Source: Thermodesulfobacteriota bacterium | Lineage (GTDB): Bacteria > Desulfobacterota > Desulfobacteria > Desulfobacterales > SURF-7 | Direction of reading: 5' to 3' | DNA length: 64,000 nucleotides | NCBI GenBank assembly: GCA_049320885.1 | Contig: JBMORA010000013.1 | Span: 87,264 to 151,263, forward strand | Part shown: positions 10,753 to 19,610 of the stretch, one piece after another | Layout of the letters: every line of letters starts with the position of its first letter | Numbering within the stretch: the first letter of the stretch is position 1 | Notes under the pieces: generated by a model | Told to the model about the DNA's origin: nothing | Database searches by the model: none | Seen by the model: the letters and a program-made list of their open reading frames with translations, nothing else | Position numbers and translations under genes: made by a program

Positions 10753-10814
10753 TGCCTCCTCCTGAAATTCAGTATCGTTCGGGGAATGCCCCTCTATTTC
10801 ACACAACCCGCTCC

Positions 10815-13800
10815 CTATGGATTGGCCCGCACCGTATTGAAAATATCCTTGGCCAGGATGGGAAAGGCGGTTTCTTGAAATTCGCTGTCGGCCATGTAAC
10901 GCGTTACGATCCGGTCGTTTTCCGTCATGCGTTCGAGCATCAGATCTTCAATGAGCTTACGGATGCCCAGCACGAATTTATCCAGCGGATTGGCCAGCGC
11001 CGTTTGAACCACCTGATCGTTCTTGCAGGCCTTTTCCTTGATCTGCTGAAAAAAGAGCCGGTCCTCCTCGGAAAACTGCGTGCCGAACCGCTCGTTGAGG
11101 ACTTCGATGATCTCGGATAGCGGCGCTTTTTCATCCGTGACGTTGCCGGTGCCCACGTCCGTCGGACTTTTTACGAACTGTTGTTCGCCGTCCTTCAGCG
11201 TAATAGGGCCCGCAAAAACCCGCTCCATCCGGTAATATTGCAACGCCACGTCCTCCCCTACCTTGATGATCAGGGCATCGCGGTCCATGGGCAGGTGCGG
11301 ACCGAGGAAGCGGCCGAAACTGTAAAGCATTTCCAGCTCGGGATCGGCATAGGGAATGATCTGGCTCAGAAAGGCATACACCCGCACGAAGCCGCCCAAT
11401 TTATCGCGAAACTCCCGGCGTTTCTCCGGGTCCTGAAGGCTTTTAAAACGATCCACCGCCGGTTGCAGGTGCCGCTGCATATGGGCGTGGTCCGCGGCAT
11501 TCTGAAGGGCGATGGGTTTGTAAAAGATCCGGGCAAAGGCCGTAACTTCGCTCCAATGGTAAATCTGGGTCTGGTCCAGTTCATGCTTCAGGCTTTCGAG
11601 CCGGGCCGGGTCGGAAGGCTCTCTCAAGCCGGTCTTGTCGTAATAGGGCTTGAAGGCCCGGTAGATATCCTCGGTCTCGTTGATAAAATCCAGCACAAAG
11701 GGCGCATCCTTGCCGGGAATCATACGGTTGAGCCGGGAAAGGGTCTGCACTGCCTGGACCCCGTCCAGGCGTTTGTCCACATACATGGTGTGCAGCAGCG
11801 GCTGGTCAAAACCGGTCTGGTATTTGTTGGCCACCAGCAGGAGATGATAGTCCGGGGAATTGAATCGTTCGGGCAGGCGGGATTCACTGATGGATTTGCC
11901 GGTCACCAAATCCGTGTTCATGCCCGGCCCCGTGTATTTGATCCCGGTTTCCGGGTCTTTTACCGTGCCGCTGAAAGCCACCAGGGGCCGGACGTCGCTA
12001 TAACCGTTTTCAGCAATATAGCGCTGAAAGGCGATCATATAGCGCACGGCATGCAGCCGCGAGGAGGTCACCACCATGGCCTTGGCCCGGCCGCCGAGCC
12101 GATGCCGGACAACCCGGCGGAAATGCTCCACCATCACTTCGGTCTTTTGTTCGATGTTGTGGGGATGCAGGCTTATGAACTTGGCCAAGCTCCTCACCGC
12201 CCGTTTTTTCGGCAGGTTCGGATCGTCCTCGGCCGCCTTCAGCAAGCGGTAATAAACGGCATAGGTGGTGTAGTTGGCCAATACGTCCAGGACAAAGCGC
12301 TCCTCGATGGCCTGGCGCATGCTGTAAATATGGAAAGCTTCATGAATGCCGTCCGTGCCGGGCCGGCCGAACAGCTCGATGGTTTTGCCCTTGGGCGTGG
12401 CCGTGAAGGCAAAAAAGCTCAGGTTGGGCTGGGGGCCGCGGGACAACATCACCTGGCTCAGCCGGTCTTCCCAGTCCGCCTCGCCTTCCTCGGTTTCATC
12501 CGGCACCGCTCCCAGAATGGACTTCAACTCCCGGGCCGTTTCCCCGGTCTGGCTGGAATGGGCTTCATCCACGATGACCGCGTACTTCCGGGCGGCGATG
12601 GCGGCCTCCCATTCCCCGGCCTTTTGCTTTTCCGCATCCGTGGCTTTTTCCCGGCTCTCGGCGCCGGCGGCATGCAAAAGGCCGCGCAGCACGAACGGAA
12701 ATTTCTGCAAGGTCGTGATCACGATCTGGGTCCCGTCGATGAGCGCTTCCGAAAGTTGCCTGGAATCCTGATCAATGGCCTTTACCACGCCCTGGGCATG
12801 CTCGATCTGATAAACCGCGTCCTGAAGCTGCCGGTCCAGAATGCGCCGGTCGGTGATGACGATGACGCAATTGAAAATCTTGCGGTCCTCCCCGTCATGC
12901 AGGCTCGCCAAACGATGGGACAACCAGGAGATGCTGTTGGTCTTGCCGCTGCCGGCCGAGTGCTGGATCAGGTAATTGCGCCCCGTCCCTTCCGTCCGGG
13001 CGGTGGCCACTATCCGGCGCACCGCGTCGAGCTGGTGAAAACGGGGAAAAATCAGGGTCTCCTTGACCGCGCGCCGCTTGCCGCCGAGCCCGTCGTCGAC
13101 CTTTTCGTCTTTTTTTTCTATAAACATGAAATGGCCGAGAACATCGAGAAAACTGTCACGCTGGAGTACTTCCTCCCAAAAATAACCCGTGCGATAGCCG
13201 GACGGATGCAGGGGATTGCCCGCCCCGCATTGGACCCTGCCTGGTTGGCTGCCACGGTTGAACGGCAAAAAGTGGGTGGCCTCCTTTTGCAGGCGCGTGG
13301 TCATGTGGACTTCATCCGGATCAACGGCGAAATGAACCAAGGCCCTTGTCTTGAATCCGAAAAGGGGCGCGCGCGGGTCCCGGTCCTCTTTATATTGCTG
13401 CACGGCCTTGCGCCAGGTTTGCCCGGTGCCGGGATTCTTGAGTTCGCAGGTCGCCACCGGCAGACCGTTGAGCGCCAGAAGCATATCCACGGTTTCCTGC
13501 CCGCCCGGCCGGCAAGGCGCCTGCCGCGTCACCGTCAACCGGTTCCGGGCGTAAAGCGCCGCCACCTCCTCGTTCAAGCCATGGGCGGGCTTGAAATAGG
13601 CCATTCGGAAAATCCTGCCGTAGAACTTGAATCCATGTCGAAGAATGTGCAAAGTGCCCTTGAGATTCAGCTCCTTGACCAGGGTATTCAGTATCAGATT
13701 TTCCAAACCGGCTCCGTGCAGGCCCTGCATATCGGCCCAAAGCCGGGGCTGGGTTTCCCGCAGGAATGCGCAAATCCGCGCCGGAAACAAGGCCCGCTCC

Positions 13801-13898
13801 ACGTCCCACCCGGCTTTTGATTCCCCGACCCAGCCGGAGCGGGTTAAAAGCGTTTGTTCGATATAGGTCTCAAAGGCCTGCTCGGAGGTTGGTTTCAT
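10815..13898 (-). CDS. hsdR: type I restriction endonuclease subunit R
   Basis: Nuclease motif VD...NGLPVATCELKN, Walker A QHSAGSGKT, DEAH, FTATP, TGFDQP and QTLSRLNR. Confidence 0.95.
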   Translation of the reverse strand: MKPTSEQAFETYIEQTLLTRSGWVGESKAGWDVERALFPARICAFLRETQPRLWADMQGLHGAGLENLILNTLVKELNLKGTLHILRHGFKFYGRIFRMAYFKPAHGLNEEVAALYARNRLTVTRQAPCRPGGQETVDMLLALNGLPVATCELKNPGTGQTWRKAVQQYKEDRDPRAPLFGFKTRALVHFAVDPDEVHMTTRLQKEATHFLPFNRGSQPGRVQCGAGNPLHPSGYRTGYFWEEVLQRDSFLDVLGHFMFIEKKDEKVDDGLGGKRRAVKETLIFPRFHQLDAVRRIVATARTEGTGRNYLIQHSAGSGKTNSISWLSHRLASLHDGEDRKIFNCVIVITDRRILDRQLQDAVYQIEHAQGVVKAIDQDSRQLSEALIDGTQIVITTLQKFPFVLRGLLHAAGAESREKATDAEKQKAGEWEAAIAARKYAVIVDEAHSSQTGETARELKSILGAVPDETEEGEADWEDRLSQVMLSRGPQPNLSFFAFTATPKGKTIELFGRPGTDGIHEAFHIYSMRQAIEERFVLDVLANYTTYAVYYRLLKAAEDDPNLPKKRAVRSLAKFISLHPHNIEQKTEVMVEHFRRVVRHRLGGRAKAMVVTSSRLHAVRYMIAFQRYIAENGYSDVRPLVAFSGTVKDPETGIKYTGPGMNTDLVTGKSISESRLPERFNSPDYHLLLVANKYQTGFDQPLLHTMYVDKRLDGVQAVQTLSRLNRMIPGKDAPFVLDFINETEDIYRAFKPYYDKTGLREPSDPARLESLKHELDQTQIYHWSEVTAFARIFYKPIALQNAADHAHMQRHLQPAVDRFKSLQDPEKRREFRDKLGGFVRVYAFLSQIIPYADPELEMLYSFGRFLGPHLPMDRDALIIKVGEDVALQYYRMERVFAGPITLKDGEQQFVKSPTDVGTGNVTDEKAPLSEIIEVLNERFGTQFSEEDRLFFQQIKEKACKNDQVVQTALANPLDKFVLGIRKLIEDLMLERMTENDRIVTRYMADSEFQETAFPILAKDIFNTVRANP

Positions 13899-13913
13899 CA
13901 GGATGTCCTTGCT

Positions 13914-14140
13914 GCCATCAAATAACCGTCAAATAAACCCGATCTTGCGTAAATTATCTTATTACAAATAGTTAAACAAAATATATAGTGACCGATATCT
14001 GTTATTCAACCGGATCCATCAAAATGCCATCAAATAAACTGTGAGAAATGTAAATTGTTTAATTACAAATTGTTACCAATAAATCACCATGCGACTACCT
14101 CCATCACTCACCCCACTCCATCAAAATGCCATCAAATAGA
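13914..14140. repeat. phased non-coding repeat array: three 24 bp boxes and two 26 bp AT-rich boxes, period 101-102 bp
   Basis: Box A at 13914, 14015 and 14117 (TCCATCAAAATGCCATCAAATA is exact in the last two). Box B at 13949-13974 and 14050-14075 (22/26 identical), each 11 nt after a box A. Confidence 0.9.
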
Positions 14141-14156
14141 AAATCCATGCCGGCAA

Positions 14157-15623
14157 TCAGCCCCAAAATGGAACATATTTGGCATATTTACGCCACGCCT
14201 CGGGATTATGGAGCCGAATCAGGCCCTCCTCGATGGTGTCGCGGATGATACGCGAGGCCGTAGCGCTGTTTTTCGCCTCAATACCGAAACGGTCTCTCAA
14301 TGTCGTATTGGTCATGTAGTCCCGGTTCACATATTTCAGACAGGCATGCAGGTAGCAGGCCCGGATACGGTCGTCTTTTTCCATGTCACCAAGAGCGCGC
14401 GGGGTGTACAAGATTGTTCGCGTATGCTCGTCGGTCACTTCGAATATGGGGGCCGGTAATTGGTGATATTCGGTTTGAAAGACCACCTTGTCGATGCCGC
14501 TGCCGCGTTCCTCGCAAATTCCGACCCTTCTCATGAAAGAAGTCAGAGCCTCGTTGCGCGACTTGGGCGGGCTGTCCAGAAACCGCTCGGTTTTTACCAG
14601 GGGCAGGCCCGGATTGGTGATTTCCATGCGATTCGAGAAAATTTCAATCATCGGTCCGGTGCCGCGAATGAAAAAATCCTGATGAAGGATGGCATTGGCC
14701 ACTAGTTCGCGCACCGCCGGTTCGGGGAATACCAGAACTTCCCGGCGCAGGGCCTGACCGATGACCTCATTGCTCGGCAAAAGGGTGTTGATGTAATCCA
14801 TCAGCGCTCCAAATCCTGCCGCATAGCCCTTGACGCCGACCTGCTCGCGAATGGTTTCCAGGCGGCTCCCATTTTTATAGACGATAACCCGCACGGCCTT
14901 GCGCTTTAGATTCTTGAAATCATCCAGCCTTTTGGCGAACAGGATCGCGCCCATATTGGTGATGTTCCAACCCCCGGCTTCGCAAGGCGAAATCATTTCG
15001 TCTTCGGCCAGGCGCTCCAGAATCCCCTTTCGATTTTCCGGAAGACCGAGTCCCAACAGATCGAAATAGGCCGGGTAGTCCAACAGGCGCAAGACTTCCT
15101 CAGCGGCGAGGCAATCGGCGGCCGGCAGTTGTTCAAAGGGGGTTTGATCAAAAATGCGCCACAGCGCCCGCTCTTTTTCCGGATACTCCTTGAGCCTCTT
15201 TTTGTAGGAGCCCACCCGGATGAACTCCCGCCCCTGGAACTGCACCGGGTTGCTGGATGCCCGGCTGATCTCCAGAATCACCACCGGCGCGTCTTCGAAA
15301 TTGATTTCATGAAAACTGAAATGAATGCGCGGGCTCAACAAGCGCAGCAGCCAGCTTTCCAGTTCCTCACTACCCTTCCTGGCCCGGGCCGGACAAAAGG
15401 CGGTTCCCTTGACTTCATGGGACTGATCGTCGATGCCCCACACCAGATACCCATTGGCTTTGCCGCACAGGGCCGCCGAGTTGCTCAGGGCGGAAATATA
15501 TTCGCCGATTTCCTGGGGATCGGCAAAATTGGCCTTGAACTCCACCCATTCGGTCTCTTTGGGCAAGGCCCGCAGCTCCCGCAGCAAGCCGGTCAGATAG
15601 GCCCGGGTTCGGTCCATGTTCAT
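14157..15623 (-). CDS. AlbA_2 (Schlafen-like) + HATPase_c_4 (RecG-C-like) + wHTH protein within the hsd operon
   Basis: N-terminal KETEWVEFK..ISALSN..GYLVWGIDD; RELVANAILHQDF..ITNPG..SRN..EERGSG; C-terminal MTNTTLRDRFGI..SRIIRDTIEEGLI. ATGA overlap with the hsdS stop. Confidence 0.85.
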   Translation of the reverse strand: MNMDRTRAYLTGLLRELRALPKETEWVEFKANFADPQEIGEYISALSNSAALCGKANGYLVWGIDDQSHEVKGTAFCPARARKGSEELESWLLRLLSPRIHFSFHEINFEDAPVVILEISRASSNPVQFQGREFIRVGSYKKRLKEYPEKERALWRIFDQTPFEQLPAADCLAAEEVLRLLDYPAYFDLLGLGLPENRKGILERLAEDEMISPCEAGGWNITNMGAILFAKRLDDFKNLKRKAVRVIVYKNGSRLETIREQVGVKGYAAGFGALMDYINTLLPSNEVIGQALRREVLVFPEPAVRELVANAILHQDFFIRGTGPMIEIFSNRMEITNPGLPLVKTERFLDSPPKSRNEALTSFMRRVGICEERGSGIDKVVFQTEYHQLPAPIFEVTDEHTRTILYTPRALGDMEKDDRIRACYLHACLKYVNRDYMTNTTLRDRFGIEAKNSATASRIIRDTIEEGLIRLHNPEAWRKYAKYVPFWG

Positions 15624-16981
15624 GCAGCGACCTCCCTGACATCGATTTTACCCGTTACGGCGGCGGTGATCAGGGCTGTGCGGTATTCCCGGAGTCGTTC
15701 GATGATGATTTCGATCTTGTCGACCGATTGGTCGATTTTGGCAGTTTCGCGATTGAGAAAATTCGCGATGGCGTTTTGCTCTGGTAATGGAGGCTTTGGA
15801 AACCGGTAACGACGAAGTTTCTCTCCAGTGAGATGATGAATGGTGTTTGGATTGCCTTCAGAAATAAATACCCCTTTTTGTGAAGCCCAGAAAAAAACAT
15901 AGAACATGAACCGTGGTACTTCCTTACCATTTAGTGGCCGCATCCTGTGAAGTGCTTTTTGGTATCCTATTGAAGAGCCTTTTTGTTTGACAATTGCAGC
16001 TCTTCCGACCTCACCTCCTTCACAAACCAAGATATCGCCATCTTCTATTGTATATCTTTTTCTCTCATCATCTCTAATGTCCATTTCAGGTAAATCGTCG
16101 AAGTTGATATTGTCCCATTGGACATCAATATTACGAAGGTAGGGAACCAAACACTCGCCTGTTATTCGATTTTCATTCAGCATCTTGCCGAGTTCTATCG
16201 AATAGCGGGTATATAGCGGTGGTGTTTCCCAATGCTCTGGTACATCGCCGAGCCATTCTATGCCGGAAGGTTTGAGCTTGGGGTACGGATCGAGGCCGGC
16301 AGCGCGGGCTGCTTCAGGCGGGAGTCCTCGGGTGACCGTGCGCGAGATGAGTGCGGTGCGCTTTTCCTTCAGCTTCTCGATCAACTCTCGCTTTTTCGAT
16401 AACAGCTTGTCGATCTTTGCAGTTTCTCGATCGAGAAAAATAGCGATGGTGTCCTGTTCGAGCATACAAGGAACAGATATAAATAAGTCTGTATATTTCT
16501 CAGCGCTTACATTCTGAATAGTAGTTTGTATATATACTGAAGATAACCATTGCCAGTAGCTATTCGAAGCTGTAAAATATCGGACATAAGCAGGAAGTGC
16601 TTTCTTACTATGAAGCCTGGCTCTAATCAAATAGCCTGCATATGCGCAATTTCCCCAGCTTTTTTTATATAGAAAAGTCTTCCCGGCAGTGGCCCCACTT
16701 CTAGCAAAGAGCAAGTCCCCCTCTTTTAGTAAAAACGGCGAAGCAACTTCATTTGGAAGAGAACGGAATGTTTCATCACGCAAATTACCAAGCTCGTCAA
16801 TATCCGTTATTCTTATATAGCGGGGCAAATCTGGATCATCCAATTCAGCTGACTCATTAGCACCATATTTGAGAACTTCGACAAGTAAAAACTTCAGCCG
16901 CTTCACTCCCCAACCCTCCGGCACATCCCCCAGCCATTCGACACCGCTGGGCTTGTATTTGGGATAGGCAGGATATTTCAT
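15620..16981 (-). CDS. hsdS: type I restriction-modification specificity subunit
   Basis: Duplicated conserved blocks KPSG(V/I)EWLGDVPE(G/H)W and EQ..IA.FL.RETAKID..E.RTALI flank two AT-rich TRDs. Confidence 0.95.
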   Translation of the reverse strand: MKYPAYPKYKPSGVEWLGDVPEGWGVKRLKFLLVEVLKYGANESAELDDPDLPRYIRITDIDELGNLRDETFRSLPNEVASPFLLKEGDLLFARSGATAGKTFLYKKSWGNCAYAGYLIRARLHSKKALPAYVRYFTASNSYWQWLSSVYIQTTIQNVSAEKYTDLFISVPCMLEQDTIAIFLDRETAKIDKLLSKKRELIEKLKEKRTALISRTVTRGLPPEAARAAGLDPYPKLKPSGIEWLGDVPEHWETPPLYTRYSIELGKMLNENRITGECLVPYLRNIDVQWDNINFDDLPEMDIRDDERKRYTIEDGDILVCEGGEVGRAAIVKQKGSSIGYQKALHRMRPLNGKEVPRFMFYVFFWASQKGVFISEGNPNTIHHLTGEKLRRYRFPKPPLPEQNAIANFLNRETAKIDQSVDKIEIIIERLREYRTALITAAVTGKIDVREVAA

Positions 16982-17313
16982 TCCATGCCCCCGGATTGCC
17001 CCAATTCGTGTTCGATTTTCCTGATAATAAGAGAAGAAGCATATTCTAATATACCTTTTATACGGAATCTAATTTTAAAAATTTTCACCACGAAGGACAC
17101 GAAGGAAAGCTCTATATATGAAGCATATCCTGGAAAATCTTCGTGACCTTCGTGTACTTCAGCGAAGCGGGTGGTGGAAAATATTGTGACATTCTTTTTC
17201 CTGTAAAACCATATGGTAGTAATTACAAGATCCCTTAGCAGAACGAACATCTGCAATTGTGCCGCGCCCTTTGGCACAATTGAACGTGTTTCCATTTTGC
17301 CGGACTTTTTCAC
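16978..17313 (-). other. 111-codon ORF or gene remnant coupled between hsdM and hsdS
   Basis: Starts at a GTGA overlap with the hsdM stop and ends at an ATGA overlap with the hsdS start. AT-rich, contains a palindromic element, no recognisable domain. Confidence 0.4.
17082..17181. repeat. palindromic element with 9-nt tandem arms (type often seen around GxxExxY genes)
   Basis: Left arm TTTTCACCACGAAGGACACGAAG; right arm CTTCGTGACCTTCGTGTACTTC[AGCGAAGCGG]GTGGTGGAAAA. Confidence 0.75.
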
Positions 17314-19406
17314 GCCGTCACCTCTTTCAGCAAAGCCAGTATCTCACCTTCCAGCGTCTTGATCTCCGCTTCGATGACCTCTAGGGGGCGCGGCGGTTCG
17401 TAGCAATAGAAATGCCGGTTAAGCGGAATCTCATAGCCGATCTTGGTTTTGTCGTGGTCGATCCAGGCGTCCGGCACATGGGGCAGGACTTCGCGCTGAA
17501 AATAGGCCGCGATATTCTCCTTGAGGGGCACGCTCTCGGTGTCGCGCAGTTCGGGATCGGGTTCGGGATTGCCGTGCTTGTCCACACAGATTTCGGCGGT
17601 TTCGTCGCGCTCGCCCAGGGCGCTCTGGATGGCCTTGAGTTCCGCGCCGGAAAGACGCACACCCTGCTTGCGATCGATCTCCCGCAAATCCTGGAGAAAC
17701 GTATTGCGGTCCTTGTACAGCTTGCCCTTGCCGGATGCGGCAAGCGCTCCCAGCAGGTCGCGGATTTGCTGCTGCCGTTGACGGCCGGTCTCGATTTCCG
17801 CCTGGGCCGCGGTCTCGCTTTTCTTGTTGCTGGCGGCCAAATTCTTGAAGGCGGTTTCCGTTTCCAATCGTTCCATGCGCTCGGCCGTCACCTGAAAATT
17901 GAGCCGTAGGGGGCGTTCCACCGTGATCTTGTGAAAGCCGAAGTCCGCGTTTTCGAATACCTTGCTCACCACCCGGGTCTTCTGAAGGCCGTTGGTGCTG
18001 AAATTCCAGGTTTCGCCATCCTGGAAATTGCCGAAGATGCGCGCGATATCGCCGATCTGATCCGGTTCACCCTCATCCGTGTCGCCGATCTTGTTGCGCT
18101 TGTTGCCCAGGCTCTTGCGCATCTTGATGAAAAACTGCCGGGCGTCGATGAGTTGAATCCTGCCCTTGCGCGGGGATTCCTTGCGGTTGGTCAAAATCCA
18201 GATATAGGTGAAAATGCCGGTGTTGTAAAAAAGCTGGTCGGGCAGGGCCACCACGGCCTCCAGCCAGTCGTTCTCGATGATCCACTGGCGGATGTTGCTT
18301 TCACCGCTGCCTGCGTCGCCGGTGAAGAGCGGCGAGCCGTTGAAGACGATGGCGATGCGGCTGCCGCCGTCCTTGGGGCCGCGCATCTTGGAAATCATGT
18401 GCTGGAGGAAAAGCAGGGAGCCGTCGTTGATGCGCGGCAGCCCGGCCCCGAAGCGGCCTTCGTATCCCAGGGTCTCGCTTTCCTTTTTGATGTCCTTTAA
18501 TTGTTGCTTCCATTCCACGCCGAAAGGCGGATTGGCCAGCATATAATCAAAGGTGATCCGTTTGCCGTCGGCGGAGCGGTCGAAACCGTCCCGGGTAAAG
18601 GTGTCGCCCAGGCGGATGTTGTCGGCGTCCTCGCCTTTTATGAGCATGTCGGACTTGCAGACGGCCCAGGCTTCATCGTTCCAGTCCTGGCCGAAAAGCA
18701 GGGGATTGGCCTGGGAGTTGAGGTTGCGGATGTAATTCTCGGCCACCGACAGCATGCCGCCGGTGCCGCAGGCCGGGTCATAAATGGTTTTCACCACATG
18801 GCTGCGGCGCAGATCCTTTTCCGGGGAAAGCAGCAGGTTGACCATCAGCTTGATCACCTCCCTGGGGGTGAAATGCTCCCCGGCCTCCTCATTGGCTTGC
18901 TCCGCGCCGATCCGGATCAGTTCCTCGAAAACATACCCCATCTGCAGGCTGTCGACCCGTTCGGAAAGATCGATCTTGGCAAACGCCTTGATCACCTCAT
19001 ACAGCAAATTCTTCTCGGCCATGCGCGCAATCTGCTGGTCAAAGGCGAAACGTTCCATGATCTCGCGCACGTTCTTGGAAAACCCGTTGATGTAGGCGTT
19101 CAAATTCGGTGCAAGTTGCGGCGAGTCGTCGAGCAATTTCGGCAGATCCAGTTTGGAGAGGTTATAAAACGGCTTCCCGGTGATTTTCTCCAGCAGGCTG
19201 CGCACGACGTTTTCCGGTTTGGCCTGGATAGCAGCGTACTCTTTCAGCACCTTGTCCTTGGTGGGTGCCAGCAGACAATCAAAGCGCCGCAACACGGTCA
19301 ACGGCAGGATGACCTTGCGGTATTCATTGCGTTTATAGGGTCCCCTGAGGAGGTTGCAGATGCTCCAGATGAAATTGGCCAGCTGGGAGTGGGTTGCTTC
19401 GTTCAT
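17310..19406 (-). CDS. hsdM: type I restriction-modification N6-adenine methyltransferase
   Basis: AGEHFTPREVI, DPACGTGGML, NPPF and FYNTGI motifs. Confidence 0.96.
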   Translation of the reverse strand: MNEATHSQLANFIWSICNLLRGPYKRNEYRKVILPLTVLRRFDCLLAPTKDKVLKEYAAIQAKPENVVRSLLEKITGKPFYNLSKLDLPKLLDDSPQLAPNLNAYINGFSKNVREIMERFAFDQQIARMAEKNLLYEVIKAFAKIDLSERVDSLQMGYVFEELIRIGAEQANEEAGEHFTPREVIKLMVNLLLSPEKDLRRSHVVKTIYDPACGTGGMLSVAENYIRNLNSQANPLLFGQDWNDEAWAVCKSDMLIKGEDADNIRLGDTFTRDGFDRSADGKRITFDYMLANPPFGVEWKQQLKDIKKESETLGYEGRFGAGLPRINDGSLLFLQHMISKMRGPKDGGSRIAIVFNGSPLFTGDAGSGESNIRQWIIENDWLEAVVALPDQLFYNTGIFTYIWILTNRKESPRKGRIQLIDARQFFIKMRKSLGNKRNKIGDTDEGEPDQIGDIARIFGNFQDGETWNFSTNGLQKTRVVSKVFENADFGFHKITVERPLRLNFQVTAERMERLETETAFKNLAASNKKSETAAQAEIETGRQRQQQIRDLLGALAASGKGKLYKDRNTFLQDLREIDRKQGVRLSGAELKAIQSALGERDETAEICVDKHGNPEPDPELRDTESVPLKENIAAYFQREVLPHVPDAWIDHDKTKIGYEIPLNRHFYCYEPPRPLEVIEAEIKTLEGEILALLKEVTA

Positions 19407-19453
19407 CCGTATTCCCTTTGAAATGCAATAATGGTCGCGCTGTAATTATTAGG

Positions 19454-19482
19454 TTCATAATCAAATCCCTCCGATGTGTCAA
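19454..19482 (-). promoter_or_regulatory. putative sigma-70 promoter of the hsd operon
   Basis: TTGACA-N17-TATGAA on the minus strand, 47 nt before the hsdM ATG. Confidence 0.5.
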
Positions 19483-19485
19483 TTT

Positions 19486-19610
19486 TGATGAAATGGTAAC
19501 AAGTCTTCTTTCCGTCACTCCCGCGAAGGCGGGAGTCCAGAACTATATGAAAGAACTGGATTCCCGCCTTCGCGGGAATGACAGAATATGGACTTGTTAC
19601 CATTTCATCA
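19486..19610. mobile_element. MITE-like element: perfect 20 bp terminal inverted repeats enclosing a REP/dRS3-like palindrome pair
   Basis: TGATGAAATGGTAACAAGTC (19486-19505) pairs with GACTTGTTACCATTTCATCA (19591-19610). Inner GTCACTCCCGCGAAGGCGGGAGTCCAG...CTGGATTCCCGCCTTCGCGGGAATGAC at 19514-19582. Confidence 0.8.

Noticed and set aside
11181..13820. 879-codon plus-strand ORF (likewise 5169-7238 minus, 1400-2656, 18501-19421, 21610-22809 minus, 35596-36636)
   Set aside because: Antisense shadows of well-supported GC-rich genes; no recognisable motifs.
13914..14140. CRISPR array interpretation of the repeat array
   Set aside because: Only three non-palindromic boxes, a ~102 bp period with a second conserved motif inside the 'spacers', and no cas genes in the window.
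14055..14459. 134-codon plus-strand ORF crossing the array
   Set aside because: TTG start without an RBS, mostly antisense to the AlbA-like gene, no motif.
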